Origin: an uncultured Acidobacteriota bacterium
GTDB taxonomy: Bacteria; Acidobacteriota; Thermoanaerobaculia; UBA5066
Assembly: GCA_963779415.1 (NCBI GenBank)
Contig: CAVZYA010000001.1
Span: forward strand, 128,001-192,000
Reading direction: 5' to 3'
DNA length: 64,000 bases
Below are positions 51,239 to 61,057 of the stretch, piece by piece (position 1 is the stretch's first letter; each line of letters begins with the position of its first letter). Both the position numbers and the translations under genes were made by a program. The notes beneath the pieces are model-generated. The model did not search any database. It was not told the DNA's origin and was given only the letters and a program-made list of their open reading frames with translations.

Positions 51239-54065
51239 GGACGTCCGCAGCACGTTCCTCCGATACTTCGAGACGAGGGGGCACGCCGTCGTCCCGTCGT
51301 CGTCGCTCGTCCCGGCGGACGACCCGACGCTCCTCTTCACGAACGCCGGGATGAACCAGTTCAAGGACGTCTTCCTCGGGCGCGAGAAGCGGGCGTACGT
51401 CCGCGCGGCCTCTTCGCAGAAGTGCGTCCGCGCGGGGGGGAAGCACAACGATCTCGACAACGTCGGCTACACGGCCCGTCATCACACCTTCTTCGAGATG
51501 CTGGGGAACTTCTCCTTCGGCGACTACTTCAAGAGGGAAGCGATCGACTTCGCGTGGGAGCTGGTGACGGGGCGCGAGTGGTACGCGCTCGATCCGGCGC
51601 GCCTCTGGGCGACCGTCTACCGGGACGACGACGAGGCGGCGGACCTCTGGGCGCGCCACCTCCCGAAGGAGCGGATCCGCCGCTTCGGCGAGAAGGACAA
51701 CTTCTGGTCGATGGGGGAGACGGGTCCGTGCGGCCCCTGCTCCGAGCTTCACTACGACCAGGGCCCGTCGGTCCCCGGCGACGACGTCCCGAACGCGCGG
51801 GGAGACCGGGTCATGGAGATCTGGAACCTCGTCTTCATGCAGTTCGACCGGGATCCCGAAGGGCGGATGACGCCCCTTCCGAAGCCCTCCGTCGACACGG
51901 GAGCCGGGCTCGAGCGGATCACGGCGATCCTCGAGGGGAAGAACAACAACTACGACACGGATGTCTTCGAGCCGGTCATTCAGAGAATCGGGAGCCTGAG
52001 CGGGCGGAAGTACCTCGGAAACATGGAGGTCGGGGACGCCCCCTTCCGCGTCATCGCCGATCACGCGCGAGCGGCGACGATGCTCATCGCCGACGGGGTC
52101 ATTCCCTCGAATGAAGGAAGGGGATACGTTCTTCGAAGGATCATCCGGCGCGCCCTCCGTTACGCGCGACGGCTGGGCATCGAGACGGAGGCTCTCGTCC
52201 AATCGAAGAAATCGATGCTTGCCTACCTCGCGCAGCCAGTCCTCGAGGGCTTTCGCGGAATTCACTTCTCAGAAGAATCCTTCGAAAGGGTCACGGGGCG
52301 CTTCACCGGTGCCTATTTCGATTACCTTCTGAACGAGGAGTGGCTCTTCAATCGCACGATGTCGGTCGGAGCAGACAAGGTGGGGGAGGAGATCTCCGCC
52401 GCCCGTCGCGAGGCCGAGAGGGCCGGGGAAGGGCACATCACCCTCGGCGGGCCGGCCGTCTTCCACCTCTACGACACGTTCGGAGTTCCGCTCGAGCTGA
52501 TCGAGGAGATCGCGGGCGACGAGGGGATCAAGGTGGACCGCCCGGGCTTCGAGTCGGAGATGGCGAAGGCGCGCGAGCGCTCGAAGGCCGGCTCGAGATT
52601 CGACGCGGAGAGCGGCCTTCCGAAGGAAAGCCAGATCGACCCCTCCTGGGAGACTGATTTCCGCGGGTATCCGGAGCAGGACTTCGTTCGCCTCGAAGGA
52701 GGGCTCGTGCTTGGCCTGAATTCGGTGGAGCGCGGGGAGAAGCTGCCTTTTCTTCGAAAGGGGGAGAAGGGGTGGTGCATCCTGGACCGGACGGTCTTCT
52801 ACCCCGAGGGGGGCGGGCAGGTGGCCGACCAGGGAGAGCTTTTCTGGAAGAGCGAGGGAGGCGAAGGTCGAGCCGTCGTCCTCGACGTGCGCCGCACTCC
52901 TTCCGGGAAGGCGGTTCTCCACCTTCTGAGAATCGAAAGCGGTCTTCTGGCGGCGGGGCAGGTCGTGCGCATGGAAGTCGACGAGTGGACGCGGCGGCGG
53001 ACGCAGGCGAACCATACGGGGACGCATCTGCTTCACGCGGCCCTCCGGGCGGTCCTCGGCGAGTCGGTCCGGCAGATGGGCTCGCTCGTGGCGCCGGACC
53101 GCCTCCGCTTCGACTACGCGGCCTCGCGGCCGACGACTCCGGACGAGATCCGCGAGATCGAGCGGCTCGTCAACGAGGAGATCCTCCGGGACCGGCCGGT
53201 GTCGAAGGAGGTCACGTCGATGGACGCCGCGAAGGCGAAGGGCGCCATCATGTTCTTCGGCGAGAAGTACGGCGAGCGGGTCCGCGTGGTGGACGTCCCC
53301 GGCTTCTCCACGGAGCTGTGCGGCGGGTGCCACGTCGGAAGGACCGGCGAGATCGGAGCCTTCAAGGTCCTCGTCGACCGGGGCCTCGCGGCCGGCGTCC
53401 GGCGCCTCGAAGCCGTGACGTCGCTCGGCGCCGTCGAGAGGCTGCAGAAGGACGAAGAGATCCTCTCGGAACTCTCCCATCTGGTGAACGCACAGCCGCA
53501 CGAACTGCCGGAAAGGCTCAAAGAAGCCCTGGATTCTCTCAGAAAGAAAGAGAAGGAAATCCAGCAGCTCAAGGTGCAGCTCGCGCTGGGCGGCGGCGCG
53601 GGGGCGCCAGGAGGCGTCTCGGGCGGGTCGGCCGCGCGAATGGCCTCCGGCTCTCTACCTTTAGAAGAATCGGTCTCCTCGGACCTTTCCCGAAGCGCCG
53701 GCGCGAATTGGGATGTCGGTGTGCAGGAGATCGCGGGCGTCAAGGTTCTCGCGCGGCGCGTGCCGTCGCTCCCGGCGAACGAGCTGCGAAACCTCGCCGA
53801 TACGTTCCGGGCGAAGCTGAAGTCCGGGGTCGTCCTCCTCGGAACGGAAGGTGAGGAAGGGAAGGTGCTGCTCCTCGCCGCCGTCACGCCCGACCTCGCT
53901 CCGCGCGTTCCGGCGGGCGATCTCGCCCAGGCGATGGCCCCCGTCGTCGGCGGAAAGGGAGGGGGAAAACCGGACCTCGCTCAGGCGGGGGGGCGCGACC
54001 CGTCGAAGATCGGAGAGGCGTTGGAGCGCGGCGTGGCCCGTGTTCGGGAGCGTCTCGGGGCCTGA
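51210..54065 (+). CDS. alaS: Alanine--tRNA ligase
   Basis: Motifs LLFTNAGM, HHTFFEMLGNFSFGDYFK, DTGAGLER, HTGTHLLH, ELCGGCH, GGKGGG. Confidence 0.98.
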   Translation: MTTSRAWTSRDVRSTFLRYFETRGHAVVPSSSLVPADDPTLLFTNAGMNQFKDVFLGREKRAYVRAASSQKCVRAGGKHNDLDNVGYTARHHTFFEMLGNFSFGDYFKREAIDFAWELVTGREWYALDPARLWATVYRDDDEAADLWARHLPKERIRRFGEKDNFWSMGETGPCGPCSELHYDQGPSVPGDDVPNARGDRVMEIWNLVFMQFDRDPEGRMTPLPKPSVDTGAGLERITAILEGKNNNYDTDVFEPVIQRIGSLSGRKYLGNMEVGDAPFRVIADHARAATMLIADGVIPSNEGRGYVLRRIIRRALRYARRLGIETEALVQSKKSMLAYLAQPVLEGFRGIHFSEESFERVTGRFTGAYFDYLLNEEWLFNRTMSVGADKVGEEISAARREAERAGEGHITLGGPAVFHLYDTFGVPLELIEEIAGDEGIKVDRPGFESEMAKARERSKAGSRFDAESGLPKESQIDPSWETDFRGYPEQDFVRLEGGLVLGLNSVERGEKLPFLRKGEKGWCILDRTVFYPEGGGQVADQGELFWKSEGGEGRAVVLDVRRTPSGKAVLHLLRIESGLLAAGQVVRMEVDEWTRRRTQANHTGTHLLHAALRAVLGESVRQMGSLVAPDRLRFDYAASRPTTPDEIREIERLVNEEILRDRPVSKEVTSMDAAKAKGAIMFFGEKYGERVRVVDVPGFSTELCGGCHVGRTGEIGAFKVLVDRGLAAGVRRLEAVTSLGAVERLQKDEEILSELSHLVNAQPHELPERLKEALDSLRKKEKEIQQLKVQLALGGGAGAPGGVSGGSAARMASGSLPLEESVSSDLSRSAGANWDVGVQEIAGVKVLARRVPSLPANELRNLADTFRAKLKSGVVLLGTEGEEGKVLLLAAVTPDLAPRVPAGDLAQAMAPVVGGKGGGKPDLAQAGGRDPSKIGEALERGVARVRERLGA

Positions 54066-54093
54066 CCGCTCCATTGGCCTATAATTCACCCCA

Positions 54094-54831
54094 GTGGTCA
54101 AACAGGTTCTTCGTGTCGGCGCCGGGGCCTCGCTGCTCGTCGCGGCTTTCACCGCGTCGGCCGACGTCCGCCTCGTCCGGAGGGCGGACGGAAGCGCCTT
54201 GATCTACAACCAGATCGGGAGCGGGTGGCTCGTCGAAGGCCGGGCTCCCTCGGACTCGTACCTCGTGGAACGGCGTCTCGCGGCGAGCCCGTGGGACGCG
54301 GCGATCCGGGAGGCCGCCGAGCGCAGCGGCGTCGACCGGGAGCTGGTCAAGAGCGTCATGCTCGTCGAGTCGAACTTCAACGCACGGGCGATCTCGCGAA
54401 AAGGGGCCCGCGGGCTGATGCAGCTGATGCCCGAGACGGCGAAACGGTTCCGCGTGAGGGACCGGTTCGATGCGCTCGAGAACATCCGGGGCGGCGTGGA
54501 GTATCTCGGAACGCTCCTCAAGCTCTTCTCGGGCGACATCGCCCTCGCCGTCGCGGCCTACAACGCGGGAGAGAACGCCGTCGCCCGGCATGTCGGGATC
54601 CCGCCCTTCGCCGAAACCCGCGAATACGTCCGGCGGGTTCTCGTGGCCCTGAACGGAGCGCCCGCCCCTTCGCTCGGCGGAGGATTTCGCGGGCTGACGA
54701 CTCCCCCCGCCTCGCCGGCGCCCCGGAGCAAGAGGGCGCCGGTGCGGGTGGCGAACATCAACGGGACGCCAACCCTCACGAACGTGGATGACACGGACCG
54801 GGTCGGGCCGCAGCTCGGCCGGGTCCGCTAG
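54094..54831 (+). CDS. Secreted SLT-domain lytic transglycosylase
   Basis: Signal peptide; motifs VESNFN, GLMQLMP, AAYNAGE, PPFAETREYV. Confidence 0.9.
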   Translation: MVKQVLRVGAGASLLVAAFTASADVRLVRRADGSALIYNQIGSGWLVEGRAPSDSYLVERRLAASPWDAAIREAAERSGVDRELVKSVMLVESNFNARAISRKGARGLMQLMPETAKRFRVRDRFDALENIRGGVEYLGTLLKLFSGDIALAVAAYNAGENAVARHVGIPPFAETREYVRRVLVALNGAPAPSLGGGFRGLTTPPASPAPRSKRAPVRVANINGTPTLTNVDDTDRVGPQLGRVR

Positions 54832-54845
54832 GGAGGACGTGCGGG

Positions 54846-56117
54846 ATGTCGAGCGTGCGAAGCGGCGGGGGCTCGGCGACACCGTTCCGGCCCGCTCCCT
54901 TCTTCGACCACGGGCTCTTTCTTCTTCACCTGAACCGCGGGAAGGAAGAGCTGCGCAAGGGGCAGCACGAGATCGCGCGCCGGGAGTTCGAGGAGGCCAA
55001 GCGCCTCCGTCCCCACGACCCGGAGGTGCTCCTCAACCTCTCGATCGCGCTCTTCCATCTCGGGAGCTTCCTCGAAGCCGAGCGCCTCACGAGGGAGCTT
55101 CTCGTCGCGCACGAGAACGCGGTTCCCCTTCTCTTCAACCTCGGCCTCATCCTCTTCAAGTCCGGACGGGAGGAGGAGGCCCGTGAGCCGCTGGAGCGGG
55201 TCCTCGCGCTCGCGCCGGCGCACCGGAAGGCCCACCTGACGCTCGGCCTCATCTGCCAGAGGGGCGGGGAGACGGAGCGGGCCCAGAAGCACCTCCGGAT
55301 GGCGGGCGCCGAGATGAAGGACGGGGCCGAAGAAGACGACTCCATTTCGCGGATGGCCCGGCAGGCGGCCGCGATGCCTGCCCGCAGCCCGGGCGTCGCG
55401 GCGCCCCAGCCGCCCCCCGTGAAGCCGGAGCCGGCCGACTCGATGGCCGGACCGGGGCGGACGCTCGGCTCTTCCGGCAGCTGGTCCCGCTCGGTTTCCG
55501 GCACGTTCCGCGTCGGGCGACGGCCCGATTCGTCTCCTTCTCTCGCGCTCGTGGCGTCGGTCGGCCCCTTCTCGCCGAAGGCGGGAGGGCTTCTCGCGGC
55601 AGAGACCGTGGACGGGCTCCGCGTCCGAAAGGGGACGATCGTCGGGCGGAGCGGCACGCCGTCGCTGGAGCCCGAGCCGCGGCTCGAAGGGGTCCTCGGG
55701 GGGATGCTCCTCAAGGCGTCGGGGCCGGGAAGCCTTCTCCTCGCCGACGCCGGGCGCTTCTCGTTCGTGCGGACCCTCTCGCGCGAATCGCTTTCCGTCG
55801 AGCCGACTCGCCTCCTCGCGTTCGAGGACTCCCTCGCGTATCGCGAGGATCCGGGTTTCGAGCGGCCCCGGGAGATCGACAGACCGTTCCTGAAGCTGAC
55901 CGGATCCGGGGCGGTCGCGATCTCGGGGATCGGCGAGCCCGCACGCTTCGAGGTGGAGTGGGGCCAGCCGCTGACGCTCCTTTTGCGCGTCGTCGTCGCC
56001 TACGGCGGCGAGGTGATTCCGGAGCTTCTCGAGCCGTCGGACACCGGTCCGGCGTTCGACGGGGGCCCCGTGATCCGTTTCGTCGGCGCCGGCTATGTCT
56101 TAGCCGACGCTCGTTGA
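54846..56117 (+). CDS. TPR + AIM24/DUF124-like domain protein
   Basis: N-terminal TPRs, Pro/Ser linker, C-terminal repeated beta units (LLAFE, LKLTGSGAVA, VVAYGG, RFVGAGYVL). Confidence 0.6.
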   Translation: MSSVRSGGGSATPFRPAPFFDHGLFLLHLNRGKEELRKGQHEIARREFEEAKRLRPHDPEVLLNLSIALFHLGSFLEAERLTRELLVAHENAVPLLFNLGLILFKSGREEEAREPLERVLALAPAHRKAHLTLGLICQRGGETERAQKHLRMAGAEMKDGAEEDDSISRMARQAAAMPARSPGVAAPQPPPVKPEPADSMAGPGRTLGSSGSWSRSVSGTFRVGRRPDSSPSLALVASVGPFSPKAGGLLAAETVDGLRVRKGTIVGRSGTPSLEPEPRLEGVLGGMLLKASGPGSLLLADAGRFSFVRTLSRESLSVEPTRLLAFEDSLAYREDPGFERPREIDRPFLKLTGSGAVAISGIGEPARFEVEWGQPLTLLLRVVVAYGGEVIPELLEPSDTGPAFDGGPVIRFVGAGYVLADAR

Positions 56118-56143
56118 GCGTCGGGGGTCCTGGCCGACGCCCG

Positions 56144-57916
56144 CTAGCGAATCTCGATCGGACGCATCCGGAGGACTCCCTCCCCGGAGCCGAGGAGGCC
56201 GGCGTCCTCGAGCCGGACGAGGAGCGGGCGGAGCGCTTCCATGGCGAGGAGGACCGACTCGGACGGGTCGGCGTCGTCTTCGCCTCCGGTGAGCCTCGTC
56301 ATCAGGGACTCGAGCGGGCTCTTCCGCTTCGGGAACTCGACGAGCTTCACCGGATCGGCGGCCGGGATCTTCGCCGCCTGCTTCGCGGCGCGGACCGCCG
56401 CCGAAAGACCGCCCAGCTCGTCCACGAGGCCCCGCTCCTTCGCGTCCTCTCCGGTCCAGACGCGACCCTTCGCGATCTCGAGGACCTTCTCCTTCGGCAG
56501 CTTCCGCCCCTCGGCCACCTTCGACGTGAAGTCGTCGTAGATCCGGTCGAGCCAGGCGTTGAAGCGGGCCCACTCGGTCTCCGACCAGGGACGCGAGCTG
56601 TTCCAGAAATTCGCGTTCGCCCCGGTCTCGACCTGGTCGAAGGTGATTCCGATCTTCTCCCACATGGCCGGGGTGACGAACTTCCCGCCGAGAACGCCGA
56701 TCGACCCGGTGATCGTCCCCGGCTCGGCGAGGATCCGGTCGGCGTTCATCGCGACGAAATATCCGCCGGAGGCCGCGACCTCTCCCATCGAGACGACGAC
56801 GGGCTTTCCGGCCCTCCGCGCGCGCGACACCTCGCGCCAGATCGTGTCCGAGGCGACGTACGACCCTCCCGGCGAGTCGACGCGGAAGACGATGGCGGCG
56901 ACCTCGGGGTCCTTCGCAGCCTTGCGGAAGGCGGTTGCCACGCTCTCCGAACCCATCGTCCACGACCCCGTCACGGGGTTGTAGCCTCCCTTGCCGCGCG
57001 CGACGCCCCCGACGCCGTAGATGAGGGCGAGGGTCCGCGCTCCGGAGTCGTACGGCGACCCGGTGCTGTCGCGATACGCCGCGAAGGAGAGAAGCTCCGC
57101 ACCGGCGCCGGCCCGTGACTTGACCCTGTCGGAAACCTCGTCCCAGTAGGCGAGGCCGTCCACGAGCTTCGCTTCCTTCGCCTCGGGGCCGAGAAACGGG
57201 CCCCGGTCGATGAGCGTCCTCACGTCGGCCTCGGAGAGATTCCGCCCCTCGGCGATGCCTCGCACGGCCTGTCCGAATATCGAGTCGAGGAGCCGCTGTT
57301 CGGCTTCGCGGTAGGCCGGCGTGAAGCTCGTGTCCGTGAAGAGGTTCATTGCGTTCTTGTACTCGTAGCGCTGGCCGTACTGCGGCGTGACGCCGAGCTT
57401 TTCGAGCATCCCCCGGAGGAACGGGGCCTCGAGGACGTAGCCGTTGAGGCCGACGTCGCCCGAGGGCTGGAGCCAGATCTCGTCGAACGCGGTCGCGAGG
57501 TAGTACGCCCCGTTGCCGGGTCCGAACTCGCCGAAGGTCTCGGAGAAGGCGACCGCGAACTTCTTCTTCGCCCGGAAGGCGCGGACGGCATCGCGGATCT
57601 CCTGGACCTGAGCAGTCCCGACGGGCGCCGCGCCGACCCGGGCCACGAGCCCCGAGACGCGGTCGTCGCTCCCAGCCCGTTCGAGCGTCTCGACCAGGCC
57701 TCGCAGCGTGAGGGGGGGCTCCGCGCGGAACGCCGCCAGCGGGTTTTCCGGGGCGATTTCGGGGAGGGCGCGTTCGAGGTCGAGCTTCAGGATGGTCTTC
57801 GAGGCGACGGAGACGTGCCCCGTAGCCGGCCGGAAGGTCATGAAGACGGCGACGCCGGCGGCCGCGAGGAGGAAGAGCGTGAAGACGGCAAGGACGATCT
57901 TCGTGGATCGCTTCAT
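56144..57916 (-). CDS. sppA: Signal peptide peptidase SppA (67K type)
   Basis: Motifs YKNA, RVDSPGG, SMGEVAASGGY, TGSIGV, GRVWTG. Confidence 0.95.
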   Translation of the reverse strand: MKRSTKIVLAVFTLFLLAAAGVAVFMTFRPATGHVSVASKTILKLDLERALPEIAPENPLAAFRAEPPLTLRGLVETLERAGSDDRVSGLVARVGAAPVGTAQVQEIRDAVRAFRAKKKFAVAFSETFGEFGPGNGAYYLATAFDEIWLQPSGDVGLNGYVLEAPFLRGMLEKLGVTPQYGQRYEYKNAMNLFTDTSFTPAYREAEQRLLDSIFGQAVRGIAEGRNLSEADVRTLIDRGPFLGPEAKEAKLVDGLAYWDEVSDRVKSRAGAGAELLSFAAYRDSTGSPYDSGARTLALIYGVGGVARGKGGYNPVTGSWTMGSESVATAFRKAAKDPEVAAIVFRVDSPGGSYVASDTIWREVSRARRAGKPVVVSMGEVAASGGYFVAMNADRILAEPGTITGSIGVLGGKFVTPAMWEKIGITFDQVETGANANFWNSSRPWSETEWARFNAWLDRIYDDFTSKVAEGRKLPKEKVLEIAKGRVWTGEDAKERGLVDELGGLSAAVRAAKQAAKIPAADPVKLVEFPKRKSPLESLMTRLTGGEDDADPSESVLLAMEALRPLLVRLEDAGLLGSGEGVLRMRPIEIR

Positions 57917-57970
57917 GGCGGACCTCAGGCAAGGGACTCTACGACAGAGCCCCGACGGAGTCCCCGGGCG

Positions 57971-59389
57971 TCAGCGGCTCCCCGATTCGAGCGCGGCGAC
58001 GGTCACGTCGAGAAGACGCCGGACGGCGGCCGCATCCTCGTGCTCGGCGTAGATCCGGAGGACCGGCTCCGTTCCCGAGAGGCGGTGGAGGATCCATCCG
58101 CGGCCGCCGAGCAGGAGCTTCACGCCGTCGAGCGTTTCGACGCCGGTGACCCGCTCGCCGGCGACGATCGAAGGAGGAGCCGCTTCTAGGCGGTTCATGA
58201 ACGCACGGAGGACCGGCGTCGGGAGGTGGAGGTCGCGGCGGTCGTAGGCGAGGGCGCCGTAGTCGGCGTCCTGGCGCGCGAGAAGGGAAGAGAAAGAGCC
58301 TCCGGAGTGCGCGATCGTCTCGAGGACGAGGAGCGCCGAGAGGACGCCGTCCCGCTCCGGGAGAAAGAAGGAGACGCCGAGCCCCCCCGACTCCTCCCCG
58401 CCGATCCCGACCTCGCCGGCGAGCATCTTCTCGGCGATGTACTTGAACCCTATCGGCGTGACGTGGAGCGGCACGCCGAGCTTCGCGGCGACCCGGTCGA
58501 GAAGGAGGGATGTCGAAAAGGTCTTCGCGATCCCGCCGCGGATCCTCCCGCGAGCGGCGAGGCTCTCGGCGAGGAGGGCGAGGATCCGGTGGGGCGTCAC
58601 GAACCGTCCGGCGGTGTCGAGGACGCCCAGACGATCGCCGTCCCCGTCGCTCGCGAGAACGAGGTCGAAGCTCTCGCGGCGGAGCGCCTCGATCGAGGCG
58701 GCGAGGTTCCGGGGGATCGGCTCGGGATTGATGCCGCCGAAAGAGGGGTTTCCCTCGGCCCGCAGCGTGGTGACGCGGGTCGGATGTCCCTCGCCGACGA
58801 TCTCCTGAAGGAGCGCCCCGGCCGCGCCGTGGATGGCGTCGAAGAGGACGCGAAGGCCGGCGCGCCGGATGGCCGGAAGATCGACGATCGCGGCGAGGGC
58901 GTCGCGATAGGGAGTCCGGAGGTCCGTCGATTCGGCGGAGCCTCCCTTTCTTTCGGGAAGCGGGCGATCGGCGGACCGCGCGATGGCGTCGTAAGTCTCG
59001 GGCATCGCGCTCCCGCCGAAGTACGACTTGTACTTCACGCCGTTCCACGCGGCGGGGTTGTGCGAGGCCGTGATCGCGACGCCTCCGCGAAGCCGCCGGG
59101 AGAAGACGTGCCACGAGGCGCAGGGCGTCGGAACGGGGGAGTCGGTCAGAAGGACGCGAAAGCCGCGCGTGGCGAGTCGTGCGGCGCTCTCGGCAGCCAG
59201 GTCCGGCGAGAGAAAGCGGGTGTCGTGGACGATCGGCAGCGACCACGGATCGCCCGGATCGGCGTTGGCCGGATCGACGGTCCAGGCGGCCATCGCGTCG
59301 ACGACCCGCGCGACGCTCTCGAAGGTGAGATCGCGGGCGATCCGGCCCCGCCACCCGTCGGTGCCGAAGACGATGGGAGATGGGGTCAT
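57971..59389 (-). CDS. Phosphomannomutase/phosphoglucomutase family protein
   Basis: Motifs FGTDGWRG, TASHNP, DGDGDR, GEESGG, SGTEP. Confidence 0.93.
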   Translation of the reverse strand: MTPSPIVFGTDGWRGRIARDLTFESVARVVDAMAAWTVDPANADPGDPWSLPIVHDTRFLSPDLAAESAARLATRGFRVLLTDSPVPTPCASWHVFSRRLRGGVAITASHNPAAWNGVKYKSYFGGSAMPETYDAIARSADRPLPERKGGSAESTDLRTPYRDALAAIVDLPAIRRAGLRVLFDAIHGAAGALLQEIVGEGHPTRVTTLRAEGNPSFGGINPEPIPRNLAASIEALRRESFDLVLASDGDGDRLGVLDTAGRFVTPHRILALLAESLAARGRIRGGIAKTFSTSLLLDRVAAKLGVPLHVTPIGFKYIAEKMLAGEVGIGGEESGGLGVSFFLPERDGVLSALLVLETIAHSGGSFSSLLARQDADYGALAYDRRDLHLPTPVLRAFMNRLEAAPPSIVAGERVTGVETLDGVKLLLGGRGWILHRLSGTEPVLRIYAEHEDAAAVRRLLDVTVAALESGSR

Positions 59390-59465
59390 GCGGAGCGCGA
59401 TTCTCGGGGAGGGAGGCGAGTCTGTAAAGGCACGCTCTCGCCGCCCCGGCTAGAATGCCGGAGCG

Positions 59466-60086
59466 GTGATCTCCGTCAACGTCCCGAACGCCCTCACCCT
59501 CCTCCGCATCTTCCTCGTTCCGTTCCTCGTGGTGATCCTCCTGACGCGGATGCCGGCGAAGGAGTACGTCGCGCTGGGCATCTTCCTCGTGGCGGCGCTG
59601 ACGGACGCGCTGGACGGGTACATCGCCCGGAAGTACAAGAAGGTCACGACGCTCGGGACGCTTCTCGACCCGATCGCGGACAAGCTTCTCGTCTCGGCCG
59701 CCCTCATCTCGCTCGTCGATCTGCAGGAGGCGGACGCCTGGGCGGTCTGCATCATCATCGGAAGGGAGTTCGCGGTCACGGGTCTTCGCGCCATCGGGGC
59801 GACGCACGGCATCGTCATCCCGGCCTCGAAGCTCGGGAAATGGAAGATGGCGACGCAGATCGCCGGGATCTCGCTGATGATCCTCGGGGCCCGCCTCGAC
59901 GACATCGGCCTCTGGAGAAAGACGGGCCGTGCCGCCCTCTACGTCATGACCGCCTTCGCGCTCGTCTCGGGATACGACTATTTTCGCCGGTACCTGAAGG
60001 AGCTGCTCCTTCGCGAGCGGACCATCTCAGCCACTTTCGCCGCGGTGCCGCCGCCGAAAGACCGCCCGAAAGACGGGGCGGCCTGA
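59466..60086 (+). CDS. pgsA: CDP-diacylglycerol--glycerol-3-phosphate 3-phosphatidyltransferase
   Basis: Motifs PNALTLLR, DALDGYIARK...GTLLDPIADK, GKWK. Confidence 0.93.
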   Translation: MISVNVPNALTLLRIFLVPFLVVILLTRMPAKEYVALGIFLVAALTDALDGYIARKYKKVTTLGTLLDPIADKLLVSAALISLVDLQEADAWAVCIIIGREFAVTGLRAIGATHGIVIPASKLGKWKMATQIAGISLMILGARLDDIGLWRKTGRAALYVMTAFALVSGYDYFRRYLKELLLRERTISATFAAVPPPKDRPKDGAA

Positions 60087-60728
60087 GACCGCGAACTTCC
60101 GCTCGTAGTTCGTCCCGCTCGTCCACGCACCCGTCTCTTCCTCGGCGAGCCGCTCGAGAAGAGGCTCGCCGCCCAGGACCTCCTCGATGACGGACCAGTA
60201 GGCGGCGTGGTCGCTCGCGATGCGAAGGAGGCCTCCGGGGGAGAGACCGCGCGCCGCGGCGGCGGCGAAGGCCGGCGTCACGAGCCGGCGCTTGTGATGC
60301 CTCTTCTTGGGCCACGGGTCGGGGAAATAGACGTGGAGGGCGGCGAGAGCGCCCGGCGGGAGGCGCCGGATGACGAACTCCCGTCCGTCGAGCGGCTCGA
60401 TCCGGACGTTCGAAAGGCCCTGCCTCGCCGCGCGGAGCCGGACGAGAGCGCAGTACTCCGGCTCGATCTCGAGACCGAACCAGCTCCGTTCCGGGTATGC
60501 GGCCGCCGACTCGAGAAGGAAACGCCCCTTCCCCGTGCCGATCTCCATCTCGACCGGCGCCGGACGACCGAAGAGTCCGGGGAGGTCCACCGTTCCCGCT
60601 TCGGCCGTCTCACCCTCGAGGAAGATCCGAGGCGGCGGAATCCGCGACGGATCGGCGTCGGGAGCGCGGCGGAGGACGGCGGTGGCGCCGGCCTTCTTGA
60701 GGGCCCGCCGTACGTACGGCCTCGCCAT
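60027..60728 (-). CDS. trmB: tRNA (guanine-N7)-methyltransferase TrmB
   Basis: Motifs MEIGTGKG, YFPDPWPKKRHHKRR, TNYERKF. Confidence 0.93.
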   Translation of the reverse strand: MARPYVRRALKKAGATAVLRRAPDADPSRIPPPRIFLEGETAEAGTVDLPGLFGRPAPVEMEIGTGKGRFLLESAAAYPERSWFGLEIEPEYCALVRLRAARQGLSNVRIEPLDGREFVIRRLPPGALAALHVYFPDPWPKKRHHKRRLVTPAFAAAAARGLSPGGLLRIASDHAAYWSVIEEVLGGEPLLERLAEEETGAWTSGTNYERKFAVSGRPVFRAVFRRRHRGESG

Positions 60729-61018
60729 CAGAGAAGAACCTTCGGGATCGGCACGACCCGGACTCCGACGTCTCCCTCGATCCGGGCCTGGCATCCGAGG
60801 CGGATTCCGGGCCCCATCCCGTACGCGATCTCGTTCGGCTCGATGGGAGAGAGGTTCCCGGGGTTCATGACGCACTCCACGCGGCAGGTGGAGCAGGTCC
60901 CGCCACCGTTGCAGACGTGCGAGATCTCGACGTCGAACTCGAGGGCCGCCTCGAGGACGGTGCGTCCCGCGGCGACGACGCCGCGCTTTCCCTGGTCGAG
61001 GAAGACGACCTTCGGCAT
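60728..61018 (-). CDS. 2Fe-2S ferredoxin
   Basis: HVCNGGGTCSTC...RLGCQ. Confidence 0.9.
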   Translation of the reverse strand: MPKVVFLDQGKRGVVAAGRTVLEAALEFDVEISHVCNGGGTCSTCRVECVMNPGNLSPIEPNEIAYGMGPGIRLGCQARIEGDVGVRVVPIPKVLL

Positions 61019-61057
61019 CGCCGCCCGCTCAGCGGCCCGTCCGGGGTGAGTACCCGC

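Noticed and set aside
60027-60086. Convergent 3' overlaps (pgsA/trmB; also ilvE/xdhC at 44029-44056)
   Set aside because: Short tail-to-tail overlaps are common in compact GC-rich genomes.
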